Assembly (NCBI GenBank): GCA_002633005.1
Contig: NMRA01000540.1
Location: forward strand, 8,405-46,938
Direction: 5' to 3'
Length of the DNA: 38,534 nt
Origin: Phoronis australis
Lineage: Eukaryota > Animalia > Phoronida
The position numbers and the translations under genes are program-made. Under the pieces are notes generated by a model that had not been told where the DNA came from, ran no database searches, and saw nothing but the letters and a program-made list of their open reading frames with translations. This document shows positions 12,101 through 24,100 of this stretch, one piece after another. How positions within the stretch are numbered: position 1 is the first letter of the stretch; every line of letters begins with the position of its first letter.

Positions 12101-15100
12101 TCTTCTTGAGTATGTCTAACGCGCTTGTAAAAGCATCCCTGTGAACAAGGAAATATTGTTGCTCCGTCTCATACAAGCAATAATGGTGTCAGCCGAGACT
12201 GTATCGGCCATTAGGTACTTTAAAGTCAAACCTGGTCGAGTTGAACTTAGACCAGGTTCAATAAAAATTTCCATATTACAGAGGTGGTTAAACCTATGAA
12301 ACAGTACCGGTTCTTAACTTAAACTGACCAGGGATTTAGAAAAACCTGGTTCAACTCGTTTAGACCTGGTGTAAGCCGGTTTTTATTTCACCAATAACTA
12401 ATTCAATCCTAAGACCTGTATGGAGATCTTAAACCAGACGTGACTTCAAACCTCCTCAGACCGAGAATTAACAATGGTGAAGATGACAGAATTATGCGAT
12501 AAACTTGTTCTCAGCTGTGCACTAAGACGCGGAAGTGCATCACCGACCCGATTTTAGAGCGACAATACAATGGTTTCAATTCTCAAATTGGACGACACGG
12601 AATCAGATGTAGACCGGCCCGTGTTACCGAGTGTCCTCCTGACTCCCTAGAGAACGACGAACAGGGCCCCAACTTCGTAAGCAACAGGGGCGGAGCGGAA
12701 GACGGCATCATCTCTGATTCTATTGATTTCCATTCTTTGGTCCCAGTTGCGGATTTAAGTGGGACCGGGCACGGCTCCTGCCCTTGACCGCCAACAAAAA
12801 TCGTAAAAATGACACGGAAATCAATATGGGCATTTATAAGCTTGCGTTTAATCACGGATGTATACTTAAGCGTGTGTACGCGTGCTGAGCACATACACCA
12901 AAAATATGAAATATTGGTAGCAGTCATGATATCCTAGATCCGCCAATGGGTCACTTGACGTTTGTCTATGCAACTGCTTTCAAAAATCAAAGCTCCTTTT
13001 TTCCTTTATTTTTGGGTGTCTTGATTGTCCGTCCGTTGTTTGTCGAAACATATCTTAGATTTCGGGAACCGTGCAGCCAGTCTGGACCAATGTCTCTCGT
13101 AGTCTGCTGCTTACATTAACTTGATTAAGTGCTAATCTTTCTTCGCTGCAACATTGATTTTTTCTACTATGAGTTCTGGCTAGGAAATTGTTTTGTAAAG
13201 AGAAAAGCTCCCCGACATTTTCGACTCATTTTATTGGTAACTGACCAACCAGCAAATGTCTGCACTCATTCTACAACAGAACCTAATCAAGGTTCCCTTG
13301 TCTCAATTCATTAGTTTCTTTTTTTGGGTTAAACCAGGAAACAAGGATTTCAAACTTTTAAACCCCGTTGGCGAAATGCAAGTTACACCAGGCTTAGGAA
13401 GAACACCTTTGCGTCTTCAACCTGGTTTTATTAAACCACCTTGATCAAATGTGTTTTATGTTCACCAGATTTGGGTGATTCGAGAACGGAGCGTACTCGC
13501 ACGAAATGCATCACATCTGCTGCAACATCCAGCTCAATACACGAAATAAATAACGACGCACAAAGTCTATATTGAACGTTTTCAGTTCCTTATATATCGG
13601 AAAGAAGGCGACCCTCTTTTTCAAGCGGCTTTGAATGCTAGGTATAGGTCAATTGTAGAGGATATTGGAACCTATGAAATGTGGTACTCCCAAACTAAAG
13701 TCTGACAAATTCCGTGCTCTTGCGGATTTGTGTGACTTATGACGTATTACTTGAAACCTAATTGCGTTTCAAAAACACTTACAGGTTGAAAACTGATGAC
13801 CCTTTTCCTGTGACAGTTTTCAGAGCTTTTAAGAGTCGTTTTTTATTGTATTCTGTTCCCTCCACAAGATGCATAACTTCAGTAGCTTCTGAGCAGGACA
13901 ATGGTTGGCTGTGCTTGAGCTTGACGACATCTCCGTGAGTATTCACGTAGCTACCCTGGCTGGTAATGATGCTAATTTTGTCGACTGAGGTCACCAAATT
14001 CAAGATCTCACTGATGAGGAGCTTGGCAAGTGGCAACCTGATAATGATAATGGTCAGAATAATATCCCAATATTTAGACGGCTCCTGTTGTACGGAGTGC
14101 TGTCTCAAACCATAAAAGGGGAGTGGTTGTCTAAATGTATGACAGATGGAAAGTCTTCCACTAGCAATAAAACAACTTTTGTTCCTTTGTTGAGTTTTGT
14201 ATTATTACATGCCTGAAGACGAGGCATAGTGCGTATTTAATAAATTAGCCTGTATTGTTTTACATAGCGTTGTGTAAACTGCATTGCCGCTTGCTCAGCA
14301 ATCGATCCCATGAACGGTAATCCAAGCTAGGTTAATTACCAAACAATCTTTTTCTCAAACTCTGCCCTCGCCATGACAAGATGCAACTTCAACCCATGCC
14401 CATAAATAAAAGCAGGCAGGAGTGCATTTACAAGTCACAGTACGAAATGTTTCAGAACATACAAGGCTTGGACAGCCGTTGGAAAGTGATCGCTCTTATT
14501 CGGACGCAGGCAATAAAGCAGTTCAATCTGAAACAGGAGCTGTCGTGGCAATTTTAGGTTCAGTGTCATGAAGTTGATGCTGCTCATTTACTGGACAGGT
14601 TCTCTGTTTAAGAAGGAAGTGGGTAAGACATGCAACTTTGACAAGGGTCACGAGAGCATTTAACAAAGGTGGAATTTGTCACGGAGATCACGTAGAGTTT
14701 GCATTTTCATAAAAATACGAAAAAATGATCATCGTCTTGAAACGTTCCGGTTCCAGGTATACTGTAAATAAGCAGGTTCGTAGAGGAACCGAGAATATTC
14801 TCAAGCCTTTTTAAACTAATATTTGGGGTAGAACACCAATTCAATTTATAGGAATATTTTACCCTCCAAAGCAAACTCGACGCTTCTTTTGTGTGTGTTT
14901 GAATTAAATTTGGTTACAACAAACATTTGTCACAGGGTGACCAAATTGTCCCCCGCCGCCAGGGGATGTGTGCATTTTACAATGCTCCAACTGTACATGT
15001 CAGCAACTGTTTGTCCAAATACAATCACATATTACACCTGAAAATAATCTCTCAATTACAATTTCAAAATGTTGATATGAAACGTTTTCGATTCAAAAAT

Positions 15101-18100
15101 GAACTGCGTTATTTGGGGTATAAGATCACTCTCCTAAACACTATTATACACTAGTCAAGTAGCCGCATCGTGCTGCTCAGGTAGGTCACACAATAGCCAT
15201 GAATAGAAACAATTATCAAAGACTTTGGTCTTTTTTCTCAAACCCTCAAACAAAAGAAGCCGGTCATAAAAGTCCAGCATTTGTGGCAAGTGCCTGATGT
15301 AATTCCAACAGCAATGAAGCATTCATAGTTACAGGTTCGGAAATGGAAGGTAGCGCGTAATGACACAATGGACGAACAAACTATCTGAAGATTAGTTCTT
15401 GAGACATGCCGGCAAACGCGGACGTGGGGAGACAGCATTCTTTGCTTACTACGTCACACTCTTAACCTATATTTTTGCGTTTAGACAACGTGGAGACAGA
15501 TCTCGTGTATGCGTGCAACGTGAGTTTTAAATGCCGACTATCGCAAAAATCGTTGAATTCAGTCACCTTTTCCATGTGTTTAAAAAGTTAAGCCACCAGG
15601 AAACGGTGTAGCTAAGGGCATGTGTTTTACTCGTTTTAATATTTGAACTATGACCTTTGTTGATTCTGAGGCTCTCCTTACAGTGCTTAAGCTGTAACGG
15701 GTGACACAGAAAAAGTATTACTATATTTGGTGCTAAACATCACAGTTAAAGCTAAAGTTAGGTTATACTATGAGCCCGAGTTTGCAGCTCGAATCTGGGA
15801 GTCATCAAGTGCTCGCAAACTACAACAAAACGTACATGTACATTTATCTGGAGTTGGAACTCGACAAGTACGCTACATGTAGATGGTAAATGTTAAAATA
15901 GATTCGAGCTTGAATTCCAGTACAGGGATTACAACTCAATACAAGGTTTAACGACGTTACCCCCAAATCCTACCATTGTCTTCTGGGACACAATTTTTAG
16001 TTAAATCAGTTTTTGACCACAATAATATTAAAAACCGGACGATCGCCGTACAAATAGAAAAGTTCATGTTCAATTCAACGTTTCGTCTTTTCATTAGACA
16101 ACACCAGGATCATATTTACAACAATTTAGGACAAGTGCCAACATACAGCTCAGGTAACATCCATAGAGTGAAGTGAGAGATACATACAGTGTAGAATATA
16201 GTGTCAGTAGCTGGTCATCACCATAGTTGCAGGGTCACTGAGCTCTGCATGTTATTCAGAGAATCAGTGGCATACTGGTTCTTAATGGCCAATGACTCTT
16301 TAATGTACAGTAACTTCTTTCCTGCAGATAATACTAACAGAGTTGGCTTGGTGATTGTAGCTAATGCAATGCCTATATATGTTACTTTTCTTTGAGGTGT
16401 GATGTTCTTTCAACCTGTCACAGAGGCGTCTCTGTGTGAAGCCTATATAGAATTCCTTACAGTTGTCACGTTCAACCGTATACACAACATTGCTCTTGTT
16501 CAATAAAGGGATGGGTGACTTCAGTTTACACAGCAGATTGGAAAGTTTCCGTAGGGGTTTGAAAACAACTATCAGTTCAACTGATGGGTCTATGCAATGA
16601 ATAAAGCGAGATAATTGACGTTTTAATTTTATACTACTTGGCCCGGAGTAACCAAGAGAAAAGAAAGCCCTTTTTTCTCGGGTCCAATAACAGCTACCAG
16701 TGATCATTAGTCCCAAACGCAAACATGGCTACTAGACAATATTGGTACTGCCACTAGAGGGCTTACTATATTCCCCCATAGGCGGCGCTGGCTGCTCTCA
16801 ATATGGCAGCCTCCAGCCCACAGTCACTGTGAACACTTCTACAGGTACATTAGCTTTAGATTCATGTATACTGTTAGTTTAGGCACGCACTTCAGTTTGC
16901 CATTAGTTTATTACAGTCTGTAGCTAGCGTAGATCTACTCATAAGTCACGGATGTTTTATTTGTTTTGTAGATCGCCATCATTCTTTGTCATATTGTCTG
17001 GCTATGCAATAAAGACTGACGTCGATGATATAAGAAATAACCCGTGTTTATTTATGACGGCGATCTGTATCTAAAGCCATGCCTACCGTTGCCTGCCCCA
17101 TTGAAGGATGCACATATACAACCCCCGACCTTGACGCCAGCATTGTGGCCGCTCTGCTAACGACACACGCCACCACTCATGCTACAGCGCCGACACCGAC
17201 CTCCACAGCCCCTCCCCGACCAGAGAAGGTAAAACGGCCGACCATCGCTCCCTCTGGAACTTCCGAAGACTGGCAATACTTCGTGTCAAGGTGGAACGAT
17301 TACGTCACAGCCACAAAGCTCAGCGGCAAGGACGCAGTAATCCAGCTATTAGAGTGTTGTGACGAGCCCCTGCGGAAAGATCTGACACGAGCCACTGGGG
17401 GTTCACGCACGGACCAGTCACTGAACGACGTTCTGCAAGCGATACGGAAACTTGCTGTCAGAGAAGAGAACACCATGGTAGCGCGCGTGGCGCTCTCCAA
17501 CATGCGCCAAGATCGCGACGAGACTGTCCGGTCTTTTTGTGCCCGCCTCCGCGGTCAAGCAAACGTCTGCAAATTTAGCATCCCGTGTCCCAACTGCAGT
17601 ACCCAAGTGAACTATACAGACGAAATTCTCCGCGATGCTGTCACCCGTGGCCTCTCGTACCCCGACATCCAGCTGGACCTTCTTGGTGATGCTAACCAAG
17701 CCATGTCACTGGAAGATACCCTTCGCCTCATCGAAGCCAAGGAATCCGGCAAGCGCTCAGCCTCCCGTTTGCACGACACCCATGCAGTTGAGGCGGCAAG
17801 TGCCTACAGGAAAAACAAGAGGCGCCCAGCCATCAAACCTGGTCCCACAATACACCAAGAGTTCCCCGCTTGCAAATACTGCGGACAGCTGGGCCATACT
17901 CGCAAAGAAGACTGCCCCGCCCATGGCCATACATGTACACGATGCACAAAGAAAAACCACTTCGAGTCTGTTTGCCGCAGCAGCAGCAAGCCCCCGCCAT
18001 CTGCCGGGAATGCCGTCTTCAACGCCCTATGCGGCCTGCATTCATCCACCTCCACACAGCAGTCACCTCAGCGCACACTCTGCCTGGACCACCACCTGTA

Positions 18101-21100
18101 TGACAACCTGACCCGCACATGGCGACAACGCCCCTCAAAACCCCAACCCTTCGTCAGGTTGGAGGCACCGTCTGTCCCGAGGACTATGCCCGCCTGGGAT
18201 TCTCCCACCAGCTGTCCTCTTGCCCTACCACTACTGAGGTCTCTTGCATGGCAGATACAGGGTGCCAGAGCTGCCTAGCTGGTATTGGCATCTTACGTCA
18301 GCTCGGACTCACGAATGACGATCTCATCCCTGTACACATGCAGATGCATGCAGCGAACAACGAGGGCATCCCAATCATTGGCGCGACTCCCATACGCTTT
18401 CGCGGGTGCAATAACGACAGTAAGCCGCGAGAAACTCGCCAGCTAGTCTACATCACGGCCTCATCAAGCAAAGTATTCCTGAGCCGGGAAGCATGTGTAG
18501 CCCTTGGCATAATCTCTGCGCACTTCCCGACAATAGGTGAGTTCTGCGACTCAGGACAGAATATGCCCAACCCGACGCCGACTGCTCCATCACGTACTGC
18601 TGACAGTCCTGAGACGGATTCGCCTTGCTCCTGCCCGAAACGCACACTCCCACCACCGATGCCCAATGGCTTGCCTTTCCCTGCCACAGAGGAAAATAGG
18701 TCGAAGCTTGAGTCTTACCTACGGGACCGCTATCGATCGAGCACGTTCAACACTTGTGAACACCAGCCCCTTCCGCTCATGGCAGGGCCGCCCATGCACT
18801 TGATGATCGACCCCGACGCGACTCCCGTGGCTTGCCATACCCCAGTCCCAGTACCTATCCACTGGCAGTCTGCCGTGAAAGCGTGCCTTGACCAAGACGT
18901 CCGTTTGGGAGTCATCGAACCAGTTCCGGTGGGGGTTCCTGTGACGTGGTGCCATCGTATGGTGGTCTGTGCAAAGAAAAACGGAATGCCCCGCCGAACC
19001 GTCGACCTCCAGCCACTCAACAAGCATGCCTTGCGGGAGACACACCACACCCCGTCCCCATTCCATCAGGCCAGATCGGTCCCGCCGAAGACAAAAAAAA
19101 CAGTCTTCGACGCTTGGAACGGATACCACAGCGTACCCATCTGTGAGGAAGACCGGCATCTCACCACTTTTATCACCCCTTGGGGTCGATACCGATACCG
19201 TGTGGCCCCTCAAGGGTACATAGCATCTGGCGACGCGTACACCCGCCGCTTTGATGAGCTGGTCGCACACATTCAGAAGAAGACGAAGTGTATAGACGAC
19301 ACTTTGCTCTGGGCGGACACCCTGGAGGAAAGCTTTTTCCAGGCCTGCGAATGGCTGGAGCTCTGTGGAAACAATGGGATCATCCTCAACCCGGACAAGT
19401 TTACGTTTGGACGGGACTCGGTCGAGTTTGTCGGATTTGAGATCACTCGCGACTCTGTTCGTTCCTGCAGGGCGTTCCTTAGCACAATCCTGGACTTCCC
19501 CACCCCACAGTCACTTACTGACATGCGCTCCTGGTTCGGCCTCCTCAACCAGGTATCGTATGCCTTTAGCATGGCTGACCGCATGAAAGTATTTCGTGAC
19601 TTGCTGAAGCCCCACACACCATTTGTATGGACGGACCAGCTACAGTCCTTATTCGACGAATCGAAGAGAGTCATCGTTCGAGACATTGAGCACGGGGTGC
19701 GCATATTTGACAAATCCCGACCGACGTGCCTTGCCACTGATTGGTCTAAAGAGGGCATTGGTTTCTGGCTCTTGCAAAAGCACTGTATATGTCAGCGCCT
19801 ATTCCCGTTTTGCTGTCGCTCAGGCTGGAAGGTAACTCTCGTCGGGAGCCGTTTCACCCACCCCGCTGAGTCCCGATACGCTCCGACAGAGGGCGAAGCG
19901 CTCGCCGTTGCTGATGCCCTCGACAAAGCTCGTCACTTTGTCCTTGGCTGCTCAGATCTCCTCCTTGCAGTTGACCACAAGCCACTGGTCAAGATTCTCA
20001 CAGACCGCTCCCTCGAAGATATACCAAACCCCCGCATCAGGAACCTGAAGGAAAAGACGCTGCGGTACCGCTTCAAGGTCGTGCATGTCCCTGGTGCCCG
20101 TCACAAAGCAGCAGACGCAACATCCCGGCGCCCATCAGGACCAGCGATACGACTTCCCCTCCCGGATGACGTCGCCAACATCATGGGTTATGACTTTGCT
20201 TGTTTGTCTCCAGACCGCTGTGTCTCACCCCTCCCTCACGCTGCTCCCTCGGGCAGCTGCCGTGGCGACCCTCCGAGTCCCGCCTTGCCATCCATCGAGG
20301 AACAGCTATGGAACTCAGCCGTCTCGACGTTGACCTCACTGGACTGCATTACATGGGACAGGGTACGCGAGGAGACAAGCAGCGACCCTGCAATGAATGC
20401 TCTGTTGACCCATGTTGAAAACGGTCTACCGAATAAGCAGTCGGAAATGGCTTCCCCATTGCGTGCGTATCATCAGTTTCGTGAGCATCTCTACGCCGTC
20501 GATGGTGTCGTCATCTACAAGGACCGCATCGTGATCCCTCCCACGCTGCGACCCGCTGTTTTGGACACCCTGCACTCCGCTCATCAGGGCGTGTCGTCCA
20601 TGCTGGCTCGTGCTGAAGCCTCCGTCTTCTGGCCTGGCATCACCGTAGACATTGCCGACCGCAGAGACAACTGTAACCACTGCAACCGTATGGCTCCATC
20701 ACAGCCCTGTGCACCGCCAACGCCACCGACCTTACCGGTGTACCCTTTTCAGAGCGTTTGTGCGGATTTCTTCACCTACTAAGGTGTCCATTACCTAGTC
20801 ATCGTTGACAGATCCTCCAACTGGCCGATTGTGGAAAGGGCACACTCCGGCTCAGATGGCTTGGTGGATAGCCTACGTCGGTGTTTCGTTACTTTCGGTA
20901 TACCAGACGACCTCTCGAGCGACGGCGGCCCAGAGTTCTGCTCGACCACAACGCGTCATTTCCTCAAGACATGGGGCATCCGTCACCGCGTCTCGTCGGT
21001 CGCCAATCCCCATAGTAATTGCCGGGCGGAGATCGGTGTGAAGACTACGAAGAGACTCATCACTGACAACACCGGACCGAATGGCGAACTGGCCACGGAT

Positions 21101-24100
21101 GCCTTTCAGCGTGCCATGCTGCAGTACCGGAACACCCCTGACAAAGACACAAAGATGTCACCCGCTGAATGCGTGTTTGGTCGCCCCATCAAGGACTTCA
21201 TCCCGGTTTTGCCTGGGAGATACCATCCGCATAAGACCTGGGCCGAAACTTTGAACCTCCGCGAGGCAGCCCTGAGACAACGTCATATGCGTATCTCTGA
21301 ACGTCTCAGCGAACACACTCGCCGCCTCCCTCCCTTGGTCGTCGGTGACTGCGTCCGCATTCAAAACCAGGTTGGAGCCAATCCCCGCCGCTGGGATAAA
21401 ACCGGTCAAGTGGTAGAAGTCCGCCAATTCGACCAGTATGTCGTCCGTGTCCATGGTTCTGGCCGCGTGACCCTACGCAACCGCAAGTTTCTACGGAAAT
21501 ACACACCTGTCTCACCGCCATCCCAACTGTTGCCTCTACCCGACGGACGGCTCGGACTTCCACCCATGGACAAGGCGGTCCTCTCTCCGGGTTCGCTCAG
21601 CGACCCTTCTTCCCCGCCTGCATCCGGCATACTACCTTCCCTTGGCGATCGCGGCAACAAGTCCATTGGTGAGAAGACTCTCTCCCCTGACTCATCCGTC
21701 GACCTCTCTCCTATGTCTCCGCCTACGCCGACTGCCAACGGTGACCCACCCGCTCCCGATGCCGATGATCCCCAACGGCCCGTTCCCCAGGGTGCACTTC
21801 CTCCGGCTTCGGACGGACCTCGTCGGTCGGCTCGCACCACCCGGAAGCCTTCCTGGATGCAGGACTTTATTACATTTTAGCTATACCTTGGCCTCTATAT
21901 GTTTTAACATTATTAGTCACTGTCGCTCACTGCTCCATTGACTTTGGGGGAGATAGACAATATTGGTACTGCCACTAGAGGGCTTACTATATTCCCCCAT
22001 AGGCGGCGCTGGCTGCTCTCAATATGGCAGCCTCCAGCCCACAGTCACTGTGAACACTTCTACAGGTACATTAGCTTTAGATTCATGTATACTGTTAGTT
22101 TAGGCACGCACTTCAGTTTGCCATTAGTCTGTAGCTAGCGTAGATCTACTCATAAGTCACGGATGTTTTATTTGTTTTGTAGATCGCCATCATTCTTTGT
22201 CATATTGTCTGGCTATGCAATAAAGACTGACGTCGATGATATAAGAAATAACCCGTGTTTATTTAGCTACAGTGTGAGTGTACTCGATGACAACAAGTTG
22301 TCGTCAATTTATCCAGTACTCCACTTACTGATACTGAAATAGCACTCCTTAGCAAAGGGTTAACTTTCAGTATCTCCACTCATCACATCAATGCCATGGA
22401 CACTAAAGCATCGTTCGAATCATTGTACAATAAGATCACTTCTACCCTAATCCCTGACAAAATGAGGCTTAAACATTGACTTCGGGAACTGTGTTATCGC
22501 TACATCTACAGTTATAACAGCAACCGACTCCAGAATCTCACACCGGATGAGTACCAGGCTTTGCGTTCCCTGTCACAACGTCAAGACATCACCATCGGGC
22601 GTCCTGACAAAGGCAACGGTATTGTGATCATGGATAAGACTGACTACATGTACCTCTCTAAGCTACATGACATCGTTAATGACCGTTCTAAATTCGTCAA
22701 GCTCGATCATGACTCGACAGCTAAGCGCGAACAACACCTACAGAACTGTCTATATAATCTTAAACGGACAGGTGCATTAGACCAGGACACTTAGAATCGA
22801 AATAGACCATGCGGGTCACAGCCAGCACGTCTGTACGGCCTCCCTAAGACACACAAGGATGGTGTACCGTTGCGGCCTATTGTCTCCTGTGTCGGAACAT
22901 GCACTGTACACTTATGAGCTTGCTTGCTGATGGATTGTCAAACGCACGGACTACTACGGTTTTTGTGTACTTAGCTGCAACAAATTAAGTATATTATTTT
23001 CGGAAACTGACAACATAATTTATGGTATTGTCTTATTTTGGTTGTTGGTTGAGATGTGATGTGTGAGCTTGGATTACTACAATAAACAACGTTATTTAAT
23101 TAGTTCACGCAGTTTTGTATGAATGAAAGACGATAGTGTGTTCCATCTCTTTACGCATTCGTTTAAAAGCCAGTCTATACCTCATTTTACTTAATCTCAT
23201 GGTTACAAGCTGGCGCATACTGTAGGTGATCTTGTAATGAAGTGGGATTTCAATTCAAATACACCTGAAATATCAGTCAATCAGAAAGTGGACAAGAAGC
23301 TCATTATTTTGAAAGGTGCACGCTCGAATTCATAAGAATTATTATAGTATATGCTACATTTATAGCGACGTTACTCAAGACGTAAGTTTGATGGGTTCCT
23401 TGAAAGCAGTTAACATTCATCTAAAATTTGTTTTTCGCCGGGAAATTCGTTACGCTGACTTTTCTTTGTGTATATGTTTACGATAACGTCGCACGGTAAA
23501 TTGACGAAGTTAATACTGCTGAGAGCTCCATAGAAGTAAACTTGCATTAAGGTGACTATAAACTCATCTGGGTTGAACTAAGTAGTGCCCGCCGTTTCCA
23601 TATCTATTATTACGAGGAAAAGCTTTCTTGATATTATTCCGTGATCGACGTAGGGACGGGTGCGCTATTTTCGGCACTGGGGTTTATGGCCTCTCGTCAC
23701 TTGGCTTAGCCGAAGCAGTGATTCTATTGTAAGGCACTGACCAACTCGATGCATGTTGTCAGACACAAAATTATTTCGATATTCTGAATATGGACACGGC
23801 TTGTTCAAACAATATGCCATTAAGCCAAACCTGCCAAACTGCTCCATAGACAGACTAGCATCCAGGATAATAACCACATCGTTTTTAATGCGACTAGCTG
23901 TGAGGTACCACGGCCTTAGTCGGGGAGTTGGCTGCAGTGGAAACCCCATGTAGTTTATGGTAGGTGGGATCATCGGATAAAAGCACGTAATGAGAACTTT
24001 GTTGCTTGAAAAGTATTGCCACCTGAAAAGCAAATGACAGAAATAAAAAATAGTACTTATTGTATGAACCTATTTGCAATTCGTGGTTTGTATATATTTT

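Larger units (their letters stand above)
16733..22265 (+). mobile_element. Full-length Ty3/Gypsy LTR retrotransposon (Mag-like), 5533 bp, in host intron 5, antisense to the host gene
   Basis: Two near-identical LTRs; 5-bp TSD GCTAC (16728-16732 and 22266-22270); domain order gag-PR-RT-RH-IN; PPT present. Confidence 0.97.

Noticed and set aside
11110-13445. CRISPR-like arrays from the short repeated motifs
   Set aside because: Eukaryotic context, irregular spacing, both orientations and no cas genes
15770-15815. Second hammerhead-like sequence (TTGATGA...GCAAAC on minus)
   Set aside because: Both core boxes are broken and the spacing is wrong; could be a simple inverted repeat
18119-18278. 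Programmed -1 ribosomal frameshift between gag and pol
   Set aside because: No X-XXY-YYZ slippery heptamer near the switch point (about 18166); restoring one base gives a seamless VRLEA-TVCPEDY, so a 1-bp deletion is simpler
20780-20782. Programmed stop readthrough in pol
   Set aside because: TAA-GGT is not a known leaky context and lies inside the integrase core; a nonsense mutation is more likely
17300-21941. Many overlapping and antisense ORFs inside the Gypsy, including a possible env or chromodomain
   Set aside because: Shadow ORFs of GC-rich coding sequence; no TM or chromodomain motifs, and only about 65 bp separate the pol stop from the PPT
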